From positions 31,416 to 95,415 of the forward strand of contig OY282494.1 of the NCBI GenBank assembly GCA_958296385.1: a stretch of DNA of 64,000 bases, in the 5' to 3' direction. This DNA comes from an uncultured Dehalococcoidia bacterium. GTDB taxonomy: Bacteria; Chloroflexota; Dehalococcoidia; Lucifugimonadales; UBA3495. The number at the start of each line of letters is the position of its first letter. The stretch's first letter is position 1. The notes beneath the pieces are model-generated. The model saw nothing but the letters and a program-made list of their open reading frames with translations, had not been told where the DNA came from and did not search any database. The translations under genes were made by a program, and so were the position numbers. Below are positions 25,876-34,725 of the stretch, in pieces.

Positions 25876-26187
25876 GTGGCTCTTTCTGATATTAACCTGG
25901 TGTGCAGCGACTGCGGCGCCGAATTTCCGTTCACCGTCGGTGAGCAGGAGTTCTACGCCTCCCGCGGTTTCACTAACTACCCCAAGCGCTGCTCCAACTG
26001 CCGGAACGCCCGCCGCGGGCAGCAGCCCCGCGATGGCGGCGGCGGCGGTGGCGGCTACGGCGGCCCCCGGGAAACGTTCTCCATCGTGTGCAGCAACTGC
26101 GGCGCCGATGCCACCGTGCCGTTCCGCCCCCGCGGCGACCGCCCGGTGTATTGCAGCGACTGCTTCTCGCAGATGCGCAACTCCTAG
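25876..26187 (+). CDS. Double CxxC zinc-ribbon protein with poly-Gly linker
   Basis: CSDCG...CSNCR, then GGGGGGGYGG, then CSNCG...CSDCF. GTG start with GGAGGA upstream. Confidence 0.75.
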   Translation: MALSDINLVCSDCGAEFPFTVGEQEFYASRGFTNYPKRCSNCRNARRGQQPRDGGGGGGGYGGPRETFSIVCSNCGADATVPFRPRGDRPVYCSDCFSQMRNS

Positions 26188-26211
26188 CCCTTACCCGGCG
26201 CTCATCCCTTC

Positions 26212-26240
26212 CCGACAGGCTGCGTCCGGTAGCCTGTCGG
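26212..26240 (+). terminator. Perfect 10-bp hairpin after the zinc-ribbon gene (no U tract)
   Basis: CCGACAGGCT-gcgtccggt-AGCCTGTCGG. Confidence 0.3.
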
Positions 26241-26355
26241 ATACTGCCGGCTGGCCGGTTGACCCGTCCTCAAACGGGCGGGCTGATATACTGCCGGCGC
26301 TGAATCCCCGGCTGCGGCAGCCTCCGGGCAATCCCTCACGAAACGGCGTGCGTCT

Positions 26356-27840
26356 ATGCCTTACCAAGACCTGCGCGAGTTCATAGCCTTTCTGGAAAGC
26401 AAGGGCGATTTGCGCCGTATTTCCGCTCCGGTTGACCCGGAGCTGGAAATCACGGAGATTGCCCATCGCCTGCTGCGGGCCGGCGGGCCGGCTCTGCTCT
26501 TTGAGAACGTGATTGGGCACGATATGCCGGTGCTCATCAATGCTTTTTGCGCCGAGCGTCGGATGAATTGGGCGCTGGACGTGGACAGCCCGGACGAGCT
26601 GGCAGCCCGCCTGGAATCAATGATTGAACTGGTGCAGGGCGGGCCGCCGCCGGGCATTGTCAACAAGCTGCGCACGCTGGGGCGGCTGGTGCACGTGGGC
26701 GCCTACCAGCCCCGGATAATCAGCAACGCCCCGTGCCAGGAAGTTACGCTGTCCGACGACGACGTCGATTTGTACCGGCTGCCCATCATAAAGTGCTGGC
26801 CGGAGGACGCCGCGCCTTACATCACCCTTCCGCTGGTGATTACGAAAGACCCGGAAACCGGCACGCAGAACTACGGCATTTACCGGATGCAGGTGTACGA
26901 CCGGCGCACGACGGGGATGCACTGGCAAACGCACAAGGTAGGCGCGCGGCACTACCGCTCCAGCGGCGCGCGCGGCGACGGCCGGCTGGAGGTTGCCGTC
27001 GCGCTGGGCGGCGACCCGGCGTCAATCTGGACAGGTTCGGCGCCGCTGCCCCCCGACATTGACGAGATGGTGTTGGCCGGTTTCATACGCGACCGGGGCG
27101 TAGAACTGACGCCGGCCAAATCGGTTGACCTGCTGGTGCCGGCCCACGCCGAAATCGTGCTGGAAGGTTACGTCGTTCCGGGAGAAGAACGGGTCGAAGG
27201 GCCGTTCGGCGACCACACCGGCTATTACTCGCTGGCCGAGCCCTACCCGGTGTTCCACGTAACAACCATCACCCGCCGCCGCAACCCCATCTACCCGACG
27301 ACATTCGTAGGACGCCCGCCTACCGAAGACTACTGGATGGGCAAGGTTACGGAGCGGGTGTTCCTGCCTCTAATCAAGCTCATCCTGCCCGAAATTTGCG
27401 ACATCAATATGCCGGCCGAGGGCATCTTTCACAACTTGGTGCTGGTGTCAATGAAGAAGGAATACCCCGGCCAGGCCCGCAAGGTGATTTACGGGCTGTG
27501 GGGGCTGGGGCTGCTCAGCCTGACCAAAGTGATCGTAGTGGTGGACGACTTTGTGGACGTGCAAAACCTGTCCGAAGTGGCGTGGCGGGTAGCCAACAAC
27601 ATCAACCCCGGCGCCGACCTGGTGATTGCAGACGGGCCAATCGACGACCTGGACGTGGCATCGCCCACCGCCCGTTTCGGCAGCAAGCTGGGCATTGACG
27701 CAACCCGCAAAGGCCCCGGCGAAGGATACCACCGGGGATGGCCCCCGGACATCACGATGAGCCCGGAGATTCGCGCGCAGGTATCCCGCCGCTGGTCGGA
27801 GCTGGGGCTGGACGATATTGTCCCGCCGCCGAATTCTTGA
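26356..27840 (+). CDS. ubiD: UbiD-family (prenyl-FMN dependent) decarboxylase
   Basis: MPYQDLREFIAFLESKGDLRRI...GPALLFENV...YGIYRMQV...GDHTGYY. Confidence 0.88.
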   Translation: MPYQDLREFIAFLESKGDLRRISAPVDPELEITEIAHRLLRAGGPALLFENVIGHDMPVLINAFCAERRMNWALDVDSPDELAARLESMIELVQGGPPPGIVNKLRTLGRLVHVGAYQPRIISNAPCQEVTLSDDDVDLYRLPIIKCWPEDAAPYITLPLVITKDPETGTQNYGIYRMQVYDRRTTGMHWQTHKVGARHYRSSGARGDGRLEVAVALGGDPASIWTGSAPLPPDIDEMVLAGFIRDRGVELTPAKSVDLLVPAHAEIVLEGYVVPGEERVEGPFGDHTGYYSLAEPYPVFHVTTITRRRNPIYPTTFVGRPPTEDYWMGKVTERVFLPLIKLILPEICDINMPAEGIFHNLVLVSMKKEYPGQARKVIYGLWGLGLLSLTKVIVVVDDFVDVQNLSEVAWRVANNINPGADLVIADGPIDDLDVASPTARFGSKLGIDATRKGPGEGYHRGWPPDITMSPEIRAQVSRRWSELGLDDIVPPPNS

Positions 27841-27884
27841 CGGAAACTGTCTATCAAGGCTATACAATCGGGACAAAACGAACG

Positions 27885-28319
27885 ATGGAAGGCAATGATG
27901 AAAGCCGCTCAATGTGGCGGTTTGTTGACGGGTCACTATCAATCAGCATCAGTACGCTGCTGGCGGTCATACTCAGCAGCTGCGCCGCCTGCGCCAGGCT
28001 GCCGCTGCTGGGCTACCTCAATGAGCTGACCCAACGGAACGACGGGATTATAATAGTAGCCACGCTGCTGCTGTTTCCAACCACAGCCGTAATCTATGGG
28101 GGGTTCAATATGTTCTTTGCGGCAAAAGAAGCGGTCGAGAAAAAAGCCCGACAACGCGGGCGCCAAGAAGGCCGTCAAGAGGGGCGAGTCGAGGGGCGGC
28201 AGGTGGGGCGTCTGGAAGGGCGCGCGGAGGAACGGGAGCGCATCAGCAAGCTGCTGTCGGAGCACGGCGTGGCGCTCTCGCCGGAGCTTGCCAGCAGATT
28301 GGCCAACGGCGCCGAATGA
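27885..28319 (+). CDS. Membrane protein with C-terminal (E/V)GRQ repeat and coiled tail
   Basis: Two predicted TM helices, then RGRQEGRQEGRVEGRQVGRLEGRAEERERI. Confidence 0.5.
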   Translation: MEGNDESRSMWRFVDGSLSISISTLLAVILSSCAACARLPLLGYLNELTQRNDGIIIVATLLLFPTTAVIYGGFNMFFAAKEAVEKKARQRGRQEGRQEGRVEGRQVGRLEGRAEERERISKLLSEHGVALSPELASRLANGAE

Positions 28320-28367
28320 CCCGCCCGTTTCTAACCCGCATTACGGCCTGCGTTCCATAACCTCCTG

Positions 28368-29294
28368 ATGCAAAACGCCGCCGCAAATCCCGGGCCCATC
28401 CGCTCCATCGTGGGCAAGGCGCCCCACTACCTGAACGCCATCAACGTGTCCGAGTCGCTGTTTGCGCTGCCTTTCGGATACATCGGAATGGCGCTGGCGT
28501 CGCACTATTCGGGCGGCGCGGGTTGGCCGGGCTGGTCAACCTTCATCTGGATTACGCTGGCGTTTCTGGGCGTGCGGACGCTGGGGATGTCGGCGAACCG
28601 CATCATCAACGCGCGGGAGGATGCGCGCAACCCGCGCACGGCGGCGCGCCATATTCCGGCCGGGCTGCTGCGGCCGCTGGAAGTCGGCGGGATGGCCGCC
28701 GTTGGCTCGGCCATCTTTTTCGTCTCCGCCTGGCAGCTGAACACTCTGGCGCTGCTGTTGTCTCCCGTTGCCGCCGCGTATGTAGTCGTCTATTCCTTTG
28801 CCAAGTATTACACCTGGCTGTGCAGCTTTATGCTGGGGCTGGCGCTGGCCATCGCCCCCTCCGGCGCCTGGATTGGCGTTACCGGCGAGCTGCACTGGCC
28901 GCCGGTGCTGCTGACGTTTGCCGTGGCAATGTGGGCCGGCGGCTTCGAGACCATCTACGGCAGTATGGATTTTGACTTCGACCGGGCCAACGGCATCCAC
29001 TCCGTGGCGTCCCGATTCGGGATACGCAACGCCATCCGCACTACGCGCGTCCTGCACACGCTGGCGGCGGCGGCGCTGCTGGTGCTGGGCATCTGGATGG
29101 AGCTGAACGTATTCTACTTTACCGGCTGGGCCGTCGCGGTGGCGCTGCTGATTTACGAGAACAACATGGTCAGGTCGGGAGAGGCGGCCCGGATTGGCGC
29201 CGCTTTTGCGTTCAACAAGTACATCTCCACCCAACTGCTGCTGTTCACCGTGCTGGCGGTTGCGCTGCCCTTTGACGGTTTCTTTCCCTGGTAA
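28368..29294 (+). CDS. UbiA-family aromatic prenyltransferase
   Basis: Polytopic membrane protein. The first motif reads NRIINAREDARNPRTAARHIPAG and a second Asp-rich region is YGSMDFDFD. Confidence 0.8.
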   Translation: MQNAAANPGPIRSIVGKAPHYLNAINVSESLFALPFGYIGMALASHYSGGAGWPGWSTFIWITLAFLGVRTLGMSANRIINAREDARNPRTAARHIPAGLLRPLEVGGMAAVGSAIFFVSAWQLNTLALLLSPVAAAYVVVYSFAKYYTWLCSFMLGLALAIAPSGAWIGVTGELHWPPVLLTFAVAMWAGGFETIYGSMDFDFDRANGIHSVASRFGIRNAIRTTRVLHTLAAAALLVLGIWMELNVFYFTGWAVAVALLIYENNMVRSGEAARIGAAFAFNKYISTQLLLFTVLAVALPFDGFFPW

Positions 29295-29321
29295 CGCACG
29301 GCGGGAGCGACAAGCGAGCGC

Positions 29322-29936
29322 ATGACTAATCAAGAATCGCCAGAGTCAACGCCCCCGGTAATCGTTGGCGTCACCGGGGCCAGCGGCGCCGTCATCGCCC
29401 GCGAATTAATTGACACCCTGCTGCGCCGGGAGCATCCGGTAATCGCCATCGCCTCCAACGCGGCCCGGCTGGTGTGGCAGGAGGAGCTGGACGAAACCTA
29501 CAATCAGGCGCTGGCCCGCTGGGTGGAGCATCCGCTGTTCCGGCAGTACGCCATCGGCGATCTCTTTGCCTCCGTCGCCAGCGGTACGACGGCAACGGCC
29601 GGCATGATTATCGCGCCGGCCAGCATGAACTCGGTAGCGTCGCTGGCCCACGGGCTGACGCCCAACCTGTTGCTGCGCGCCGCCGACGTTACGCTCAAGG
29701 AACGCCGCCGCCTGGTGCTGGTGCCGCGGGAAACGCCCCTGCACGCCGTCCATCTGGAAAATATGCTCACCCTCGCCAGGCTAGGCGCCACCATACTGCC
29801 GCCCGAACCGCCTTTCTATCTCAAGCCGCTGGACATCGACGGGCTGGTGCGTTTCGTCGCCGAACGCGCGCTGGTGGCCCTGGGCCTGTCGGATAACTTG
29901 CCCGACGACTTGCAATATCAGGACCGGCAGCGGTAG
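29322..29936 (+). CDS. ubiX: UbiX-family flavin prenyltransferase
   Basis: VIVGVTGASGAV...MIIAPASMNSVASLAHG...LVLVPRETPLH. Confidence 0.88.
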   Translation: MTNQESPESTPPVIVGVTGASGAVIARELIDTLLRREHPVIAIASNAARLVWQEELDETYNQALARWVEHPLFRQYAIGDLFASVASGTTATAGMIIAPASMNSVASLAHGLTPNLLLRAADVTLKERRRLVLVPRETPLHAVHLENMLTLARLGATILPPEPPFYLKPLDIDGLVRFVAERALVALGLSDNLPDDLQYQDRQR

Positions 29937-29954
29937 CCGGTGCGACGGTTCGGG

Positions 29955-30515
29955 ATGGGCAAGATTACCCTGTACATCGCCAGCAGCCTGGACGGGTTTA
30001 TCGCCGACGCCAACGGCGGCGTGGACTGGCTGCCCCATGACGACGGCGCTGACTACGGCTATGCGGAGTTCTACCGGCAGGTTGACGCACTGGCGATGGG
30101 GCGGCGCACCTACGACCAGATTCGGGGCTTTGGCGAATGGCCCTACCCCGGCAAGCCGGCGTATGTATTCACCGGCCAGCCTCCAACTGGCAATCCTCCG
30201 GCCGGCGCTGCCATGGCGGATGCGCCGCCCGGCGTCCACTTTGTGCAAACCGGGCCGTCCGGTTTCGCCGCAACCGTTGCCGCCCGCTACTCCGGCACGG
30301 TGTGGCTGGTGGGCGGCGCCAATCTGGCCGACCAGTTCCGGCGGGAGGGCCTAATCGACGAATATCGCATCTTTGTAATCCCCATCATCCTGGGGCGCGG
30401 CGTACCGCTGTTTGACGGCGCCGCCCCGCCGACGGCCCTGCGTCTGGACGGCGCTCAAACTCACGGCAACGGCATGGTTGAACTCCGCTACGGCCCGGCG
30501 CCGGCCGGATTGTGA
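29955..30515 (+). CDS. Dihydrofolate reductase-like (RibD C-terminal domain) family protein
   Basis: MGKITLYIASSLDGFIADANGGVDWL...YRIFVIPIILGRGVPLF. Confidence 0.75.
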   Translation: MGKITLYIASSLDGFIADANGGVDWLPHDDGADYGYAEFYRQVDALAMGRRTYDQIRGFGEWPYPGKPAYVFTGQPPTGNPPAGAAMADAPPGVHFVQTGPSGFAATVAARYSGTVWLVGGANLADQFRREGLIDEYRIFVIPIILGRGVPLFDGAAPPTALRLDGAQTHGNGMVELRYGPAPAGL

Positions 30516-30536
30516 CCGCCGGATTGTGACTATCTG

Positions 30537-31262
30537 ATGGCCCACCTGCGCGGCGCTGAGAAACGCCGCTACGTAGCCGAGATGTTCGCCCGCATCTCGC
30601 CCCGCTACGATCTGATGAACTCGCTGATGACCGGCGGGATGCACCACCGTTGGAAAAGGACAACGGCCCGTCTGACGGCGCAGGGCCTCTGCGGAACCGC
30701 TTTGGACATCGCCACCGGCACCGGCGATTTGGCCTTTGCCCTGTCGGAGCGTCCGGGCATAACCGCCGCCGTCGGCGTTGACCTGCTGCCGGAGATGATT
30801 GCCCTCGCCGAGGCCAAAGCCGCCGCCGGCAACCGGCACGGCGCCAAAGCCAATTTCATCGTAGGCGATGCGCTCCGTCTGCCCTTTGCCGACGGCACGT
30901 TCTGCTGCGCCACCGCCGGATTCAGCCTGCGCAATATGGTGGACGTATCCGCCGCCGTCAACGAGATGGCGCGGGTCGTGTCCCCCGGCGGGCGGGTAAC
31001 TACGCTGGAACTAACGCCGATGCCGGCCGGCTGGCGGGCTACCCTGGGCCGGGTCTATTTCCACAAAGTGGTGCCGCTGCTGGGGGAACTGGTAGCCGGC
31101 GACCGCTCGGCCTACACCTACCTGCCCAGCAGCGTGGACTACTTCCTCACCGCCGACGGGCTGGCCGAGGCGTTCCGCGCGGCCGGCCTGACTAACGTAG
31201 GCTACCGCCGGCTGGGAATGGGCGCAGTAGCAATACACTACGGCGAAAAGCCGGGCCGGTGA
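30537..31262 (+). CDS. ubiE: Demethylmenaquinone/ubiquinone C-methyltransferase (UbiE/MenG family)
   Basis: ...VAEMFARISPRYDLMNSLMTGGMHHRWK...LDIATGTGDLA.... Confidence 0.88.
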   Translation: MAHLRGAEKRRYVAEMFARISPRYDLMNSLMTGGMHHRWKRTTARLTAQGLCGTALDIATGTGDLAFALSERPGITAAVGVDLLPEMIALAEAKAAAGNRHGAKANFIVGDALRLPFADGTFCCATAGFSLRNMVDVSAAVNEMARVVSPGGRVTTLELTPMPAGWRATLGRVYFHKVVPLLGELVAGDRSAYTYLPSSVDYFLTADGLAEAFRAAGLTNVGYRRLGMGAVAIHYGEKPGR

Positions 31263-31331
31263 GCATCCAGACAATCGCCGCGCTGAATCTCGACAACGTA
31301 GCATCACCCTTGCCCGCAAGAATGAGGGGGT

Positions 31332-31354
31332 CTGGGGGAAATCATTTCCCCCAG
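31332..31354. promoter_or_regulatory. Perfect palindrome CTGGGGGAAAT-C-ATTTCCCCCAG at the 5' edge of element copy 2
   Basis: The same arms occur at 46234..46256. Located 70 nt after the ubiE stop. Confidence 0.4.
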
Positions 31355-31408
31355 CGTCCCCCCCTTAGAATCCCCCGCCAAATCCAAAAAATCAGCGGCC
31401 CCAACCCC

Positions 31409-31437
31409 TTGCAGCCGCACACCAGTTCGTGTAAGAT
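31409..31437 (+). promoter_or_regulatory. Sigma70-like promoter of element copy 2 (TTGCAG-17-TAAGAT)
   Basis: Geometry is conserved with the other two copies. Confidence 0.5.
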
Positions 31438-31443
31438 ATATTC

Positions 31444-31902
31444 ATCGGGCATCTCAACCAACCAATCCCCGCCTCAGCCGTTCTCGACGGAGAGCGTCCC
31501 CTGAGGCACCGGGGCCATCACACTATCACAACACCGCGTCAAACGTCGCCGGAGATTCCAGTCACCACGGCCACCCCCGTCAGCATCCAAATCGCAATCG
31601 GCCAGGCCGCCTATCCCTGCTTCCACAGCGCGGGCGGTACTCCGCAGGGTATCGAGCTTCAGCCCGCGTGCTGCCTCTCATTAGGGCAGGACACGTAAAA
31701 TGAAGGTCCGTAATAGTTGCGTAAAAACCTTCCGGCCGTAAGGGCTGACACCGACTCGAATCTCCGGCGATAACCGAACCACCAAACCAACATCAAACCG
31801 AACCCACCGCCCGATACCGCTAGCCCGATTACCACACCCGCCCGATAGGAGCCAGGCACAAATGATGAACTAACCAAACTACCCGCAACAAAACGCTGCC
31901 GC
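31444..31902 (+). ncRNA. Candidate large structured non-coding RNA, copy 2 of 3 (most diverged)
   Basis: Helix CGCCGGAGATTCCAGTC (31547-31563) / GACTCGAATCTCCGGCG (31753-31769). Paired indels relative to copies 1 and 3 occur in two hairpins. Confidence 0.55.
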
Positions 31903-31920
31903 ATCGACTGGTGACGGGCC

Positions 31921-32637
31921 TTACGCTTGTCCAGGCCCAAGCAACGCTAGGGCGGCGCTGGCCGCTTCCGTTTCGGCGGCCGCCTTGCTGCGTCCGGTGC
32001 CGGCGCCCAGCACGCCAGCATCGCCAACCACCTCTACGGTGAACTGCCTTTGATGCGGCGGCCCGGCCATCTCCACTACGCGGTAGGTAGGCGGCGCCTG
32101 TCCGTTGGCCTGCAACAATTCCTGCAAGTCGGTCTTGGGGTTGTGCGGACGCCAGTCCGGATGGCAGGTTGCCTCAATCTCGGCGGCCATCACCCGCAAG
32201 ATGAACCGCCGCACGACGGCATACCCGGCGTCCAGGTAGATGGCGGCGATGACGGATTCCATCACGTCGCCTAGCACCGATTGGCTGGCCCGCCCGCCGG
32301 TGGTCGCCGAGCCGTAGCCCAGCCGCACGTAGTCGGCCAGACCCAATCGTTGGGCAACGGCGGCCAGCCCCTGCTGGCTCAAAAGCGTCGTCCAGCGCCG
32401 GGTCAACCCCCCCTCATCGCAATCGGGCAGCCGGTGATACAGCTCCTCGCTAACCACCAGCCGGGCCACCACGTCGCCCAGAAACTCCAGCCGCTCGTAG
32501 GATTCACGGGCATCGCCGGAGTGTTCGTGGACGTAAGAACGATGCGTCAAAGCTTGACGCAATAAGCCCCGGTCCTGAAAGTTCAGGCCCAGGGCTTGTT
32601 CGAGCTCTGCGACTGGCCGATGCCCGATGGCAAGCAT
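31921..32637 (-). CDS. rnc: Ribonuclease III
   Basis: ...LTHRSYVHE...ERLEFLGDVV... followed by a C-terminal dsRBD. ATG 32637 was chosen because the upstream track extension overlaps the neighbouring gene. Confidence 0.9.
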   Translation of the reverse strand: MLAIGHRPVAELEQALGLNFQDRGLLRQALTHRSYVHEHSGDARESYERLEFLGDVVARLVVSEELYHRLPDCDEGGLTRRWTTLLSQQGLAAVAQRLGLADYVRLGYGSATTGGRASQSVLGDVMESVIAAIYLDAGYAVVRRFILRVMAAEIEATCHPDWRPHNPKTDLQELLQANGQAPPTYRVVEMAGPPHQRQFTVEVVGDAGVLGAGTGRSKAAAETEAASAALALLGPGQA

Positions 32638-32659
32638 CGTCAGGTCAGGCGCCGTCGGG

Positions 32660-33298
32660 TTAGGAGCGGACACCCTCATACGGCCAGGGCGGGGAAGGCC
32701 GCTTGACCTCGCCCACGTGCTTGTGGTCGGACACCATCTCGACCAGGTTGTCGTAGATGGAGCCGGACTCTTCCGCCGACGGAATGAACATCTTGACGAA
32801 GGCGGAGTTGCCGTTGGGGAACACGTAGAGCGGCACGCCGAAAGCGCCGTGGACTTCCACCGCCTCGGTATGGCTCTCGCCAATCTCCTTCAGCACTTCG
32901 GGGTCGGCCAGGTCTTCGGCGAACTGGCCCATATCGACACCGGAAGCCTCGGCGACGGCGTTGATAGCGTCGGCGTCGGTCAGGTCGATACGGTCTTCGT
33001 GCCGGGCCCGCAGCAGGTTGATAAAGAACTTGTCAAAGACCTCGGGCCCCTGCCGCTGAGCGGCCACGCCGGCGCGCAGTTCCAGCAGGGTATTGTCCGC
33101 GTCGTCCTGCTCCCAGTACTTGAAGTTGTCGCTGTCGGCCTTGTTGTTGTCGTAGTTAACCTGCACCAGCGAGAACGGCTTCAGGTCAACGTTAATCTCG
33201 TGCTCCGTAGTCTCGCGAACTTTCGCCCACCACATGGCAGCGTTGTACACGAAGGGTCAACGGAAATCGTAAAAGCAAAGGAAATCGGCCTCGGCCAT
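32660..33298 (-). CDS. DsbA/HCCA-isomerase-like thioredoxin-fold protein with in-frame TGA (33257..33259) at the redox-site position; selenoprotein candidate or nonsense pseudogene
   Basis: ATG 33298 with RBS GGAGGTG. The N-terminus reads MAEADFLCFYDFR-TGA-PFVYNA and the C-terminal part contains HGAFGVPLYVF, typical of the family. Confidence 0.55.
33212..33253 (-). promoter_or_regulatory. Hand-drawn imperfect stem-loop 4 nt downstream of the in-frame UGA (possible SECIS)
   Basis: Lower stem UUCGUG.AC / GU.CGCGAG, upper stem CGCU.CC / G.GGGCG, apical loop AUGUG. Not energy-evaluated. Confidence 0.25.
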
Positions 33299-33438
33299 TA
33301 TGCCACCTCCCCGGTTTGACGGATGGTTGGTCGGATGATTGACTGACGGACGCAGCCGGCTTGCAACGTCCTTGTTGCCCAGATTGTAGCACACCCGGCC
33401 CCCGGCGTCACTGCAATCCGGGCCAGCCGGCGTTCAGA

Positions 33439-33468
33439 ATGACAAAAGGGGCGTAAGTTCCCTATAAT
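33439..33468 (+). promoter_or_regulatory. Putative promoter ATGACA-18-TATAAT
   Basis: Consensus -10 hexamer ~40 nt upstream of the nitroreductase ATG. Confidence 0.45.
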
Positions 33469-33509
33469 CGGCGGGTGCCAATCGCATATCAATCAGGGAG
33501 GGTTTTGTT

Positions 33510-34115
33510 ATGACGCAGACGCAGCGGCTTCGCAGTGGGGGGGTTGAGGCGCCGGTTACTTCGGTTTCGGTGTATGAGGCGATTCACGGGCGGCGGATGA
33601 ATAATGATTTCTCGGATGCCGTTCCCGCGCGGGAGGCGTTGCAGCGGATGCTGGACGCGGCGATTTGGGCGCCCAATCACCGGCTGACCAACCCCTGGCG
33701 GTTTTACGTGCTGGAAAAGGGCGGCCAAAAGCGGGCGGAGGTGGCACAGCTGGCCTACGATAACATCTTTCAGCGCAGCGGCAGCCACGAGAACGCCGAC
33801 GGCAGCCGGCAGCGGGTGCTGGACGCGCCGGCGCTGATTTACGTGTACAGCATCCCCGACGACCGCGCCGATATGACCCAGGAGAACTACGCCGCCGCCT
33901 GCTGCGCGGTGCAAAACCTGCTGCTGGCCGCCGTCGCCGAGGGGCTGGCCGGCGACTGGAGCACGGGCAACACCACCCGCCATCCCCAACTGGCCGCAAC
34001 CCTGGGCGCCGAACCGGACTGGACGATGGTCGGCGCACTGTTCATCGGCCAGCCGTCCCGCCCCTCCGCGTCGGTGCGCTCCGCTGCGGACGACGTGACG
34101 GTGTGGTGGGAGTAG
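33510..34115 (+). CDS. Nitroreductase family protein
   Basis: ...MLDAAIWAPNHRLTNPWRFYVL...AVQNLLLAAVAEGLAGDW.... Confidence 0.8.
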   Translation: MTQTQRLRSGGVEAPVTSVSVYEAIHGRRMNNDFSDAVPAREALQRMLDAAIWAPNHRLTNPWRFYVLEKGGQKRAEVAQLAYDNIFQRSGSHENADGSRQRVLDAPALIYVYSIPDDRADMTQENYAAACCAVQNLLLAAVAEGLAGDWSTGNTTRHPQLAATLGAEPDWTMVGALFIGQPSRPSASVRSAADDVTVWWE

Positions 34116-34218
34116 CATCCCGCGCCCCGGAAACGCCGGGATGCGCTATACTGTCCGGCGGCAATCCATCCAGCAATCCATCTGCCAATCCATCCATCCT
34201 GCAAGGAGCCATCCGTCT

Positions 34219-34725
34219 ATGCCCTGGGCTGAAACTATCGTTGACACTCTCAAAAAGTGGGACACGTCGCTCATCGCCTACGTCCCCGATATATCCATTG
34301 ACCGGGTTACCAGCATCATTGACGCCGACCCTTACTTCAGCCTGGTGTCCTGCACCCGTGAGGAGGAGGCCGTTGGCGTGGCAGTGGGCAGCTATGCGGT
34401 GGGGCGCAACGCCGCCGTCTTTATGCAGTCCAGCGGGTTCGGCAACAGCGTCAACGCCATCGCCAGCCTGTGCCTGCCGGCGCGCACGCCCATTCCCATC
34501 TTTATGAACCTGCGCGGGCAGGTGGGCGAGTTCAACATCGCCCAGGTCGCCATGGGCCGCAACACCACGCCCATCCTCGACCTGTTCGGCATCGCCCACT
34601 ACACCATCGAGAGCGAGGATCGGATGGACACGCTGCTGGACGGGATAATGAAACTGTGCCACGCCCACCGCAACCCGGTGGCGGTTTGTATGACGCCGAT
34701 GCTGCACGGAGGCAAAATTGCTTAG
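34219..34725 (+). CDS. ThDP-dependent decarboxylase alpha subunit (ComD-like), second pair
   Basis: ...LIAYVPDISIDRV...CTREEEAVGVAVGSYAVGRNAAVFMQSSG. RBS AAGGAG lies 10 nt upstream. Confidence 0.7.
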   Translation: MPWAETIVDTLKKWDTSLIAYVPDISIDRVTSIIDADPYFSLVSCTREEEAVGVAVGSYAVGRNAAVFMQSSGFGNSVNAIASLCLPARTPIPIFMNLRGQVGEFNIAQVAMGRNTTPILDLFGIAHYTIESEDRMDTLLDGIMKLCHAHRNPVAVCMTPMLHGGKIA

